A stretch of DNA of 64,000 nt from a virus (Duplodnaviria > Caudoviricetes): positions 928 through 64,927 of IMG/VR virus record IMGVR_UViG_3300025009_000099, one strand, 5' to 3'. The position numbers and the translations under genes were made by a program. This document shows positions 27,488-38,200 of this stretch, piece after piece (position 1 is the stretch's first letter; each line of letters opens with the position of its first letter). The notes beneath the pieces are model-generated. The model did not search any database. It was not told the DNA's origin and worked only from the letters and a program-made list of their open reading frames with translations.

Positions 27488-27721
27488 ATGAATTTATTTA
27501 AAAAGTTTTTTAAATCAAAATCTACTTCTGAAGAAAAATCAAAACCTAATCCTGGAGAATCGTGGGAATTATTTGATAAATCTCTGTGGCCAAAACACTC
27601 TATATCAATAACAATTTTAGATGTTAAAGATGATTGGGTAAGATATGATATGTCACCTTTGTTTATGGACCAAAGAATGGAATTAAAAAGTTTTTTACGT
27701 ATTTATAAAAAAGTAAAATAA
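27488..27721 (+). CDS. Hypothetical AT-rich protein
   Basis: Flanked by repeated AATAGGATATA leaders. Confidence 0.55.
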   Translation: MNLFKKFFKSKSTSEEKSKPNPGESWELFDKSLWPKHSISITILDVKDDWVRYDMSPLFMDQRMELKSFLRIYKKVK

Positions 27722-27738
27722 TAAATAGGATATAAGCA

Positions 27739-30261
27739 ATGATAATTCCTAGCATATCAACTACAGCAACTCCGCAGAAAGAAGGTTCTTTCGATTGCTT
27801 GGCTGTAGAGTGCGCTCCAACTGATAACATACTCACGGCTGAGATCGCTATGATTGGCGAAGCTCCAGGTGAGATTGAAGTCCTGAAGAACGAACCATTC
27901 GTAGGTCCCACAGGATCTCAGCTTAATCGCATTTGTGCAGCAGTCAGACTTGCCAGGTATAAAATCTATCTCACCAATGCTTGCAAAGCTAAGTTTCCAA
28001 AAAACAATACTGCTGTCTTATGGACTGACAAGGGCTATCGTCATCCAGACTGGAGCAAATTGCAAGCAGCACTAATTGATGAGCTTGCCCAATTCCCCGG
28101 CAAAGTTATAATGTTGCTTGGTGCAACTCCGATGAGGCTATTGCTGGATGAACCTAAGTTTGATTCTATCACAAAATATCGCGGTTCATTCTACCATGCA
28201 GAAGACTTTCCTCATTTGAAAGACAAACTGGCAGGCAAGATAATCGGTTTGTCTTATCATCCATCTTTCACCCTCCCATATGGACAGCCAATCCACTTCT
28301 ATACAATGATCGCAGACTTTACGAAAGCCCTGAAGATTATTGAAGATCCAGAATTGCTCGTTGATAATGTGGAAATAAAAATCAAGCCTAGCTTTGAAGA
28401 AATCATGCAGTTCTATGCATTGATTAAGACAAAGCAATATGTAGCATTTGACATTGAAGCTACGCCAGAATTTATTACCTGCTACTCTTTGGCAATCTAC
28501 CACGATAATAAGATCCTCTCCATGTCTGTTCCTCTAATGAACAACCAGGGCAATTATTGGGCAACAGCAGAAGAGATAAAAATCTGGACTGGCTTAGCTG
28601 AAATCTTGAACGATGACGCTATCGGCAAGATTTGTCAAAATGGAATGTTCGATATCATGTTTACTTTCCGTACCATGATGATTAAAACAGATAACTTTTA
28701 TTTTGATACAATGCTTGCCCAGCACATATGCTATACAGAACTTCCAAAGGGGCTTGATTACCTAACTTCGACATACACATACTTTCCATACTATAAGGAC
28801 GAAGGAAAGCAATCTCACCTTAAGGCGATCAAGAACTGGCCACAATACTGGACTTATAATGCCAAAGACTCAGCATACTTATTGCCAATAACTGAAAAGC
28901 TCTTAGAAGAATTAGGTGAATTTGATTCTATGGATGCTATGGATTATACCATGAACCTCCATAAGCCTTTAATAGAAATGGAGTTCAATGGTATCTTGAC
29001 TGATCAGAAAGGCATTAGTAAAAGAAAAAAAGCACTTGAAAGAATACTTAGACTTCTTCAATATAAATTAAATAAATTAACTGGTAAAGAACTTAATCAA
29101 GGTTCATCGAAGCAAATGATAGCTTATTTCTACGGCATTTGCATGATTAAACCATACGTGAATCGCAAAACTGGAGCTATCTCTTGTGATGCTGTAGCCA
29201 TGCATAGGATAGCAAAGAAAGGGATTAAAGGTTCTGCAGAAGCTAGAATTATTATTAAAATGCGAGGATATCAAAAACTTTTATCTACTTATTTTAATGT
29301 TACTGTAGATGAAGATGATAAACTTAGATGTAATCATAAAATAACTGGCACAGTTTCAGGACGTATTTCTACTGAAAAAACTTATCAAGGTTCAGGAACA
29401 AATCTGCAAAACCAGCCTTATATGTTTAAGTATTATCTTATTGCTGATGAAGATTGGATTATGTGTGAATGTGATCTTGCAAAGGCTGAAGCTCATGTAG
29501 TTGCCTACCTAACTCAAGATGCTAACATGATCCAGTCATTTGAATCGGGAATAGATGTGCATAGTTTTAATGCTAGCAAGATTTTTGGAATTCCGATTGA
29601 AGACGTTATTCATGAGGCTAAAACTAAGAAAGCAGATCAGAAATCAACCATGAGATATATGGGAAAGAAGGTAGTTCATGCAAGCAATTACAGCATGGGT
29701 GCGCAGACTTTCTCAGACAATCTTGCTAAGGAAGAAATTTTTAAAAGTCAATCAGATTGTAAACGCTTACTTGATAATTATTCTGACCGATTTCCTGGCC
29801 TCAAACGCTGGCACAGATCAATCGAAGAAGAAGTACAGAAGAATCGAGTTCTATACAACTTGTTTGGCCGACCTCGCAGATTCTTGGGTGAAATGAATGC
29901 AGCACTATTCAGAAATGCTTATAGCTACAAACCTCAATCAACAGTAGCTGAGTTGTTAAATCGTGGAATGAATAAAGTAGTAAATGATCCCAGGCTTGGC
30001 AAAGATGGATTTGACATTCGCTGCATGACAACTGTTCATGACTCGTTTGTATTTAGGTTTCACAAAAGCCAGATTCCAAATCTGCCTCAGATTCTTCTTA
30101 TCATTAAAGATCATCTAACACATACGTTTACTTACAAAGGAAAGAGCTTTACCATTGGCTTGGATGCTAAGATTGGCACTCAATGGGCTGGTAATACGGC
30201 TGAAATTAGTAAGTTCACTCAGGAAGAATGTGATAAAGCTATTGAAAAGATAGGATTCTAA
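27739..30261 (+). CDS. polA: Family A DNA polymerase with N-terminal family-4 uracil-DNA glycosylase-like domain and 3'-5' exonuclease
   Basis: GEAPG..E..PFVGPTG and YHPS (UDG); FDIEA/NGMFD/YNAKD (Exo I-III); TVSGRIS, NLQN, DLAKAE (A), RYMGKKVVHASNY (B), VHDS (C). Confidence 0.92.
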   Translation: MIIPSISTTATPQKEGSFDCLAVECAPTDNILTAEIAMIGEAPGEIEVLKNEPFVGPTGSQLNRICAAVRLARYKIYLTNACKAKFPKNNTAVLWTDKGYRHPDWSKLQAALIDELAQFPGKVIMLLGATPMRLLLDEPKFDSITKYRGSFYHAEDFPHLKDKLAGKIIGLSYHPSFTLPYGQPIHFYTMIADFTKALKIIEDPELLVDNVEIKIKPSFEEIMQFYALIKTKQYVAFDIEATPEFITCYSLAIYHDNKILSMSVPLMNNQGNYWATAEEIKIWTGLAEILNDDAIGKICQNGMFDIMFTFRTMMIKTDNFYFDTMLAQHICYTELPKGLDYLTSTYTYFPYYKDEGKQSHLKAIKNWPQYWTYNAKDSAYLLPITEKLLEELGEFDSMDAMDYTMNLHKPLIEMEFNGILTDQKGISKRKKALERILRLLQYKLNKLTGKELNQGSSKQMIAYFYGICMIKPYVNRKTGAISCDAVAMHRIAKKGIKGSAEARIIIKMRGYQKLLSTYFNVTVDEDDKLRCNHKITGTVSGRISTEKTYQGSGTNLQNQPYMFKYYLIADEDWIMCECDLAKAEAHVVAYLTQDANMIQSFESGIDVHSFNASKIFGIPIEDVIHEAKTKKADQKSTMRYMGKKVVHASNYSMGAQTFSDNLAKEEIFKSQSDCKRLLDNYSDRFPGLKRWHRSIEEEVQKNRVLYNLFGRPRRFLGEMNAALFRNAYSYKPQSTVAELLNRGMNKVVNDPRLGKDGFDIRCMTTVHDSFVFRFHKSQIPNLPQILLIIKDHLTHTFTYKGKSFTIGLDAKIGTQWAGNTAEISKFTQEECDKAIEKIGF

Positions 30262-30262
30262 T

Positions 30263-30505
30263 ATGAATACTTCTTATCAAGATAAATGGAACCGATTAAA
30301 TAATCCAAAAACTATTGAGGACTATGGATTATCATTAACTGAAAAAGAGTTAAGAACTTTTCCAGAAGGAAGAATAATATTATTTGATATAAAAGTTAAT
30401 CTGCGTAAAGAAAAACAACTAAATAATAAACTAAATAAACTAAAATTAAACATGCAACAAACAATAGAAAATCTTATTATACAAGTCTTAAATTCAAATA
30501 AATAA
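30263..30505 (+). CDS. Hypothetical AT-rich protein
   Basis: ORF track. Confidence 0.45.
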   Translation: MNTSYQDKWNRLNNPKTIEDYGLSLTEKELRTFPEGRIILFDIKVNLRKEKQLNNKLNKLKLNMQQTIENLIIQVLNSNK

Positions 30506-30516
30506 GGAGTTTAATT

Positions 30517-30753
30517 ATGGAAAATAAAAACATTAATTCAGATAAAGAAACTAATTTATATGGAATTTTAATTGTCCACATGGCTAGATGTTTTGATGCT
30601 GAACGTATGAAAGAAAACAATATAGTTTTTGTAGATCATTGGGCAAAAGATGAAAATATTTGGTATATAATTTCACACCCTTCAGAAGAAGCGAGACAAT
30701 ATACATTGAGTATGCTTGAGGATAGAAAGGCAGCAAAAATAAAAAATCTTTAA
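30517..30753 (+). CDS. Hypothetical protein
   Basis: AAGGAG RBS. Confidence 0.55.
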   Translation: MENKNINSDKETNLYGILIVHMARCFDAERMKENNIVFVDHWAKDENIWYIISHPSEEARQYTLSMLEDRKAAKIKNL

Positions 30754-30826
30754 TTTAAATATTAAGAGATAATAAAATGGGAAAGCCCATTCAACAATCG
30801 TATGTTGCTATTCAAGGAACCTTTTC

Positions 30827-32098
30827 ATGTCGAGGCAATTAGATAATTGGTTATCACACTACATGAAGTACACACAGCGAACAGAGCCACCAGAACTTTA
30901 CCATCTTTGGAGCGGACTAACTGCAATAGCTTCTGCCTTACGAAGAAAGTGCTATTGTAACTGGGGAGCACTTCGTGGTTATGTTTATCCAAACTTATTC
31001 GTATCTCTTGTCGGTCCACCTGGAGGACGGAAAGGCACAGCCATGAAAATTGCAAAGAGCTTTGTACAGAAACTAGACGTTAATATCGGTGCAGATTCGT
31101 TAGGCTCTACCCAGGCGTTGTATAGAGAACTCATGGACAGCGAAGATACTTATGTCGACCATGCTGGATTAACTCGCAAACATAAGAGCGTATCAATCTG
31201 GTCAGAAGAATTTCAAGTCTTTCTGAACGACAGAGATCAAATGTTATTAGCCTCCCTGACTGACCTATTCGATTGTGCAGATACTTGGAAGTATAAAACC
31301 CTAGCAAGAAAGACTGAAGACATATCTAATTGCTGGCTAACGCTCTTTGGTTGCATCACTCCTAGTCTTTTGCAATCTAAGCTAAGTCAAGACGCAGTTG
31401 GTGGTGGCCTGATCTCTCGAATCATTTTCGTAGTTGGTCAAGGCCCCAAGCAAAGAAGAGCCTTACAGTTCTTGACTGAAGAGGAGGAAGATACACAAAA
31501 GAATTTAGAAAACGACCTTCAGGAAATTGCCAACCTATCCGGGCAGTTCACCCTAAGTAAGGATTTTCTCAAAACTTATGTGCGTTGGTATGAACAAGAC
31601 TATGACGAGTCTGGAGTGCCAAGCGAGCGATTCTTAGGCTATAATCATAGGCGGCCACTTCATTTGAATAAGGTCTGTATGTTGGTTTGTGCTGCCGAGT
31701 CTGATGACATGATCATTACGGCTGAACATTTCGAGCAAGCCTTGGCAATAATGCAAGCAACAGAACTTGAAATGCCAAACGCTTTTTATGGACTTGGTTT
31801 ATCCAGTCAAGCTAACATCTATGCCAAGATACTTTCATTCATTGATAGTCACGAATCTTTTGAATGGACAGAACTGGTTAGGAACTTCCACCTGGATGTA
31901 GACAACATCCCTCAGCTACGTGGCTATGTTGAAATGGCTGAGCAATCTGGAATACTCAAAGCAGAGAATTCTGCTACAACTTGTATGTATACCACAATTC
32001 GTAAGAAACAAAAGCTTCGAGACCCAACATATCTTGACAGAACAATATTTAGGTTGATGGATAGAAATGTTATTAAAAATCAAATGGAGAAGAACTAA
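30827..32098 (+). CDS. DUF3987-type P-loop ATPase (putative replicative helicase)
   Basis: TEPPELYHLW, YPNLFVSLVGPPGGRKGTAM, WSEEF, LTDLFD, GGGLISRIIFV. Confidence 0.7.
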   Translation: MSRQLDNWLSHYMKYTQRTEPPELYHLWSGLTAIASALRRKCYCNWGALRGYVYPNLFVSLVGPPGGRKGTAMKIAKSFVQKLDVNIGADSLGSTQALYRELMDSEDTYVDHAGLTRKHKSVSIWSEEFQVFLNDRDQMLLASLTDLFDCADTWKYKTLARKTEDISNCWLTLFGCITPSLLQSKLSQDAVGGGLISRIIFVVGQGPKQRRALQFLTEEEEDTQKNLENDLQEIANLSGQFTLSKDFLKTYVRWYEQDYDESGVPSERFLGYNHRRPLHLNKVCMLVCAAESDDMIITAEHFEQALAIMQATELEMPNAFYGLGLSSQANIYAKILSFIDSHESFEWTELVRNFHLDVDNIPQLRGYVEMAEQSGILKAENSATTCMYTTIRKKQKLRDPTYLDRTIFRLMDRNVIKNQMEKN

Positions 32099-32722
32099 AT
32101 GACACCAGCTACAAAAGTACTATTCTTTGACACAGAAACTTCAGATTTTATCAAAAAAGCTCTTTCTGCCAACGATCCCGAGCAGGCCTGGACAGTACAG
32201 ATCGGTGCAATACTAACTTATGGTCAAAAAGATCTTCTTCAAATGAGTGTGATTATCCAATCCGATGGAAGAAAAATGAATTATTATGCTCAAGAGGTTC
32301 ATGGTATTTCAACAGAGCAAGCAGATGCTGATGGAATTCCTGAGTTTATAATTGCTGAGCAGTTTGGACTAATGCTTCGACAGGCTGATCTTATAGTATG
32401 TCATAATAAAGATTTTGATTGGAATTACGTTTACCAGATGATGGAACGCAACTTAGATACTTTATCAGATTTTGCAAGATCTGCATTCTATCTTGATACT
32501 CCTAGTTATTGCACTATGAAAGATAAAGCAGTCGTCAATATGTGTGGTCTAAAGAACAAGGCTGGCAAACCAAAATGGCCAAAGCTAACCGAGTTGCATG
32601 AGCACTTATTTGGTGAATGTTTCGATGGCGCTCATGACGCATATGCAGATATCAGCGCAACTAAGAGATGCTTTTTTGAGTTGGTGAATAGAGGAATCGT
32701 TATACCGAACCTAGAGGGTTAA
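32099..32722 (+). CDS. DEDDh 3'-5' exonuclease (DnaQ-like)
   Basis: FFDTETS, VHGIS, CHNKDFD, CTM, KWPKLTEL, AHDAYAD. Confidence 0.9.
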   Translation: MTPATKVLFFDTETSDFIKKALSANDPEQAWTVQIGAILTYGQKDLLQMSVIIQSDGRKMNYYAQEVHGISTEQADADGIPEFIIAEQFGLMLRQADLIVCHNKDFDWNYVYQMMERNLDTLSDFARSAFYLDTPSYCTMKDKAVVNMCGLKNKAGKPKWPKLTELHEHLFGECFDGAHDAYADISATKRCFFELVNRGIVIPNLEG

Positions 32723-32723
32723 T

Positions 32724-33059
32724 ATGAAATGTAATAATTGCAATGATACTGGGGAAATAAAATATTATTATGATGCAGGTGATCATTTTGGTGCAGGTAC
32801 TTCTCCATTTAGTGAATGGATTTATGAACCCTGTCCTGATTGTACTAAGAATAATAAAATTATCAAAACTAAGGAAAAAAACGTTTGCATGAATAAGATG
32901 GTAATGTTATCTTACCTTAGAAACCCTTATGGTATTGATGAACTTGAATTACGTACAGCAAGATTGCAAGCTGCTACTGAACTTGAAAGACTTTATAAGA
33001 TTGAAAAAGGCTTGAAAGACCTTATAGCAAAAAGAGAAAAACATAATAATGGAGTTTAA
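32724..33059 (+). CDS. Zn-finger hypothetical protein (possibly chimeric)
   Basis: CNNCNDTG...CPDC, then an in-frame internal ATG (MNKMVMLSY). Confidence 0.55.
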   Translation: MKCNNCNDTGEIKYYYDAGDHFGAGTSPFSEWIYEPCPDCTKNNKIIKTKEKNVCMNKMVMLSYLRNPYGIDELELRTARLQAATELERLYKIEKGLKDLIAKREKHNNGV

Positions 33060-33061
33060 CT

Positions 33062-33394
33062 ATGCAAATTGATCCTTGCCCATCAGAAGAAGATTATGAT
33101 TCTGGGCCTTCATTACGTGCAGCTGAATGGCAAAGCTTTGCTACTAGAGTATTCAATCATATTGAAATCTACACAGTGCCACAATATGGTGATAAAGGCC
33201 ACGATCAATGCTCAGAGTTTAGCGAATCTGACTTTATCACCCAGATGAAAAAGTACCTAAATCGTTATGGAAAGAACTCTCGGGAAGGCCAACAGAGGCT
33301 TGACCTACTAAAGATTGCACATTATGCAGGGATGCTTTATACAAAGCTAGCTGAAGAAACCCAAGAGATTGATAAAATAATCATGCATGAATAA
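33062..33394 (+). CDS. DUF3310-like (T7 gp1.7-related) nucleotide-metabolism protein
   Basis: KKYLNRYGKN...DLLKIAHYA pattern. Confidence 0.45.
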   Translation: MQIDPCPSEEDYDSGPSLRAAEWQSFATRVFNHIEIYTVPQYGDKGHDQCSEFSESDFITQMKKYLNRYGKNSREGQQRLDLLKIAHYAGMLYTKLAEETQEIDKIIMHE

Positions 33395-33402
33395 GGATAT
33401 TT

Positions 33403-33600
33403 ATGGAAATCCAAAAATTCATAATCACTATTCAGTGGGGAAAAGGTATGCATTATGTTGCATCTACTTGTGATACTGAAAAACGAGCAGCAGAGTTAGT
33501 TGCTTTTCATACTGGAAGATGTGATAAATTAAAACTTAAAACCAGACGCGGAGCTAAAGCAACTGTTCGATCCTGGCAATTAGTAACAGAGTCTAAGTGA
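33403..33600 (+). CDS. Hypothetical protein
   Basis: AAGGA RBS. Confidence 0.5.
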   Translation: MEIQKFIITIQWGKGMHYVASTCDTEKRAAELVAFHTGRCDKLKLKTRRGAKATVRSWQLVTESK

Positions 33601-33833
33601 ATAAATTTATGAAGAAACTAACTGAACTAGATCTACAAAATGCTTTAGATGAATGCGAATTATTACAGTTCAAATCTCATGGAGATTGGCTGGCTGGCAT
33701 GGCTAAGAGATTAAATGCAACTCTTGGACTTACAACGGAGAAGAAAATTGTCAAAAGTTTTCCTGTGCGGGCAAAACAAACTGTGATTAAAACTGGCAAT
33801 TCTGTTGAACCAGAAGTTCCATGCAAAACCTGA
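33597..33833 (+). CDS. Hypothetical protein
   Basis: ORF track, coupled to upstream ORF. Confidence 0.5.
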   Translation: MNKFMKKLTELDLQNALDECELLQFKSHGDWLAGMAKRLNATLGLTTEKKIVKSFPVRAKQTVIKTGNSVEPEVPCKT

Positions 33834-33863
33834 AGTGATTAACTACACCTGGAGGGTGTAACA

Positions 33864-34058
33864 ATGCCAATGACGTTCAAATCTAAAGTGTTGCAAAAAC
33901 TCCAAACTTATTTACTTTCTCGGGAAGCAGAACCAGTTAGAGATGCAGCCAATGTAATAATTCCTAATGGAGTTACAGCAGCAGCAACCATACAGGCAAT
34001 TAAAGATTGTATTAAAATAGTGGAGGCTTGTAATAATGAGATTAATTATAACGATTGA
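33864..34058 (+). CDS. Hypothetical protein
   Basis: GGAGG RBS. Confidence 0.55.
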   Translation: MPMTFKSKVLQKLQTYLLSREAEPVRDAANVIIPNGVTAAATIQAIKDCIKIVEACNNEINYND

Positions 34059-34311
34059 ATCAAATGATAAAGGCTTAAACTGTTCTGCAACGGTTGATGG
34101 AATGGATGCTTTTAATCATGTAGAAGCCAACACTTTTGCTGTAGGTGCTTTAGAAATAGCAAAAGCATCTTTACTTGCTCGTCGATGGGGTGTGGAGATT
34201 GGCATGCCTTTAGTTGATCCGCCTGAAGATGTACTGAAAGAAGAAATTGATCCCAGAGAAGATTTGCATAATGATTTGATAGCAGCATTAGCTCATGAGG
34301 ATGGAGAATGA
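34036..34311 (+). CDS. Hypothetical protein
   Basis: GGAGG RBS. Confidence 0.55.
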   Translation: MRLIITIESNDKGLNCSATVDGMDAFNHVEANTFAVGALEIAKASLLARRWGVEIGMPLVDPPEDVLKEEIDPREDLHNDLIAALAHEDGE

Positions 34312-34315
34312 GAAT

Positions 34316-35173
34316 ATGAAAATAATCAAACCAAGCATTCAATTTTATGGGGCAGTCCCAACTGAATACAATGCCGCTCTTAAGTTCATCGAGATGGCAG
34401 GCAGAACATGCTATAAGTCAGAAGACAAGATAACTGAAGATAGTGCAGAAGGATTCGTTCGGAAGTTGATCAAGGCTGGTCATCTGGCTATGGTTGAGCA
34501 CTCGAATTTTGTGGTGCGAACAACATTTGCAAGACTTCATTTAGACATAAAAAAGGTTATTGGTAAGTATCTTAACTCCAAAGAAGTTAATGGCAATTTA
34601 TTTGTAGGTGGAAATCTCACTGCTTGGGAACAAACTTGGTCTTACTATGATAGTGTATTTAAACCTTTCACGAAAGTCTATGGAGACTTATTTGGTTTTG
34701 GAAAAGAGGCAATGAGAGAGTATCCAGATGATTGGACCATCTGCCTTCATGACAAAATTCCCAAAGAACTCCACCGCTACGCAGCAAAATTCATCTGTGA
34801 TCGCGGGGTCAGTCATGAGTTGGTACGTCACAGACCATGCAGCTTTGCACAGGAATCAACCAGGTATGTGAATTATGCTGGCAAGGATATGGAGTTTATT
34901 GAACCGGATGGTTATGAGAGCTGGAGCATCCCTAACAAAAATAACTTTAAAGAGTCCTGTGAACAGACACAATTCCATTATAATACAATGATTCACGACG
35001 GACTCAAGCCCCAACAAGCCCGAGCCGTCCTGCCCAATGCCCTGAAGACCGAGATAGTAGTTACGGCAGATGCAGCAGAATGGTCGCATATCAGAAAACT
35101 GCGAACAGCTAAGTCAGCTCATCCCGATATGCAACGAGTAATGAATATGATGCCTTGGGAAGAGTTCTTATAA
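34316..35173 (+). CDS. thyX: FAD-dependent thymidylate synthase
   Basis: AGRTCYKS, GHLAMVEH, RGVSHELVRHRPCSFAQESTRY (RHRx7S), ARAVLPN, AHP. Confidence 0.93.
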   Translation: MKIIKPSIQFYGAVPTEYNAALKFIEMAGRTCYKSEDKITEDSAEGFVRKLIKAGHLAMVEHSNFVVRTTFARLHLDIKKVIGKYLNSKEVNGNLFVGGNLTAWEQTWSYYDSVFKPFTKVYGDLFGFGKEAMREYPDDWTICLHDKIPKELHRYAAKFICDRGVSHELVRHRPCSFAQESTRYVNYAGKDMEFIEPDGYESWSIPNKNNFKESCEQTQFHYNTMIHDGLKPQQARAVLPNALKTEIVVTADAAEWSHIRKLRTAKSAHPDMQRVMNMMPWEEFL

Positions 35174-35221
35174 AACAAAAGCCAGAACCTACGATAACTT
35201 GTAAGTTCTGGCAATCTTTTT
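35174..35221. terminator. Bidirectional terminator between the convergent arms
   Basis: GCCAGAAC...GTTCTGGC stem (35181-35212) with an A-tract on the left and a T-tract on the right. Confidence 0.75.
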
Positions 35222-38200
35222 ATTGCACCGTACCTGTAACCTCAAAATATCTTTTCAATATCATCTCCCGTTGCTGTTGCAACTGTCCAAGCCTTTCCCG
35301 AACATTTGTTGTCTGATCAATCTTTTTCAACTTATTAATTACTGCCTGGTTCCGATTGAGGGCAGATTGAAAATTTTCATGCAATTTCATTTGCTTGAAT
35401 CCATCCAGGTTTGAATTCAAGAAAGTTCGCTTGTCTTCCGAGTTTTCAAGCTGCTTCTTGAAGATGTCTACTTCCTTGCTGACCTTACCAAACTCTTGTT
35501 CATTGCTACTCTTCTTATAGTCTTCTCCACGACCGTAGTGCCAATAATAGAGCTTACCACCAATTGGGATTGATTCAACAATTCTGGCATGATCAAAATC
35601 AATTGTATCTCCCGTAATGTAAGATCCATACAATTGGTTAAGATCCTTACTGATGGAGTTTACAAACCTGAAGGGAGGCAAGATCTGTCCGATTAATCCA
35701 GATCCTAAACCTTCCCTAGTAGTTTGCATCCTTACATACTTTGATGCTCCGCCCATGGTTAAGAAGTTTTCAATCACGTGATCTTCAAACTTAGTTTCTT
35801 TACCCAACATCCAGTCTTTAAGTTCATCCGCGCCTGCATTAGCAAGTGTAAGCAAACTTACCAGCTTTATCATGTTACCAATTCCTTCAATAACCTGATC
35901 CCGTTCGCCAGTCTTAATTTTGTGCCAGGCTTCATTTCTGAAAACATCAAACTGCTTTAGTGTATATGTCTTGAGCATATAAAACACTCGACCATTTCCA
36001 CTCTTGAGATATTGCTCTGACATTTCAGAAAGCGCTACAGGTTGAAAATCCAACAACCGATGATAAAGTAACATCTTTACATTGTCTGTTGGATTATTTG
36101 CAAGCAAATCATTTATTACACTTTCCGACTGTGTTCCAAAAATAGGCTTGATTTGCTTTAACAGTTCTGTTCTTCCCGCTTCTGTGCTGGCCATAGCTTT
36201 GTAGGTGCTAAACGCATTGTTAATCAATGTTTCCTTGCCGATAGAGTCAATTCTTTCAAGCCCAACTTTTTTGAATACCCAACTTACTGCATTCCCCAAC
36301 GTAGTTCCGTCTGCAAACTCCTGAGCAATCCTTTCAATCCCGAGATCTTCCTTAGTTATTTCAGACTTCTTAGTTATGGCTTTACCAACATTCTTAATTG
36401 TATCAGCCAGGCCACGTGGTGTCCATACCTTGCCTACATACATCGCCCAAGCAAGATCTCCAATCTGAGTCAGCGCTGATATTGGCGATCCCATCACGTC
36501 GATGTATGACATATTTTTATAGGCATTAACTATTCCTGTAGCTCCATGTTCGTGGAACCTAGCATCAAGAATATCTCTAACTACTTTTTCATCATCTGCT
36601 TGGATTCGACCAGACATTCGTAGGTCATTAATATATGTTCCAATATTCTCAGTGTAATCTCTTTGCAGTTTGTACTTATCCAATTCTTGCTCAATCCTAA
36701 TTAGGTCGCCAGAAACATCTTCTATGCGTGCAGCATTATTAGCTTTTTCATAATCTGTGAGCATTACCTGCTTTCGTTTCTTCTCAGCCTTTAGGGTTGC
36801 TATTCTTTCTGGAACCTTACCAAAGAAACGTCTTGCTTCTATTTTCTTAGTCATACTATAGATGTATTGCATCAATGCTGCATCACTATCCATGTAGAAC
36901 TTATTCAATTCTGGTGGAACAGTTTCATATTGCCTGGCTTGAATATTGCCTGGGCCACCAATACCTAGGTTCCTGCCAAGTATTGTGTTGCTCGCAATAT
37001 CTGCTGCCTGTTCAGGATACTCAATTTCAAACTTTTCAACTGTCATACCCAGTTTGTCTGCATAAACTTTGATTGCATCAGTAATAACTGGTCGTTGAGA
37101 AATTCCTTTAGTTGCCTGTAAGAAGCCTTCTTGATCCTTAATTATGCGAGGCCAGTATTCTTCAATAAAACCTACATCATAACCAACATCAATTGCATCC
37201 TGCCTAATCTGATCCAAGACTGTTCGTAACTTTTCTTGATCAGCAGTCATGTTATATTTTGCTGCAATCTCTTTTATCTTCCCTTCGTCTGAGTTTCTCC
37301 TAGCTGCATCCCAAACAAATTTGTCTTGCGGACTCATTTGCTTAGTCTTTTCCAGCAATGGGTGAGCAATTCTTAAGGCAGTTACAATCTTTTGTGCCGT
37401 CCGAAAATCGAGGTTTCTAATCTCTGCACGAAGCATCGGATCTACATTTTTTAACCTGGTTGATATAGACCCCAATCCCTTGTCAATGAGTTGCTTAATT
37501 TCATGTCCGCGCATACGAAGCGTCTGTCCGATTGTACGAACCAAACTATTTCGTTCGCTGTACATTTGGTGATAAACATCATCGCTAATCTTCTGAACTG
37601 GGGCTTCACGAACCTCGAACATTGGCATACCTTCACGAAGTGCCTCAGCTTGACGCTCATAAATCTTTCCACTTTCTACTTCACGAGCCAACCCTGAGAC
37701 TGTTTGCTTACCAAAGCTGAACAATTGCTGAAAGAAGTCTATTACTCGCTGAATCACTTTACCAAACGCAGTGTTTCTGTATTCAGCTCTGTTGACCATG
37801 ATTTGAGCAAACATGTTCGCACGATTCTCAACCATTCGTTGCTTAGGGTCTTTATGAGTACTAAGAGCAAAATCAAGCTTGCCTGCCTTTCTCAGTTTAT
37901 TAAACTCCTTATTCAACGCGCTGTCATCTGCTTCTGTAATCAAACCCAAGTTGTCAAGAACATGCTTGTTTTCATGCCAAAGAGTCTTATTGTCTGCAAA
38001 GTTTTCATCAAGAAGAATTTCATTCTCTACTGTGATGCCAAGGATCTTGCCTGTCTTTGACATCTGGCCCGTTTCAATTGCTAACTTAACAAGGCCTTGA
38101 CCAGCACCTTGAATGCTATTAATTGTTAAGCCTTGGCCATTTTTGAACTGTACAGATACTGAACCATTTTCATGTTGAGTGACTGTTTGATTTGGAAAAG

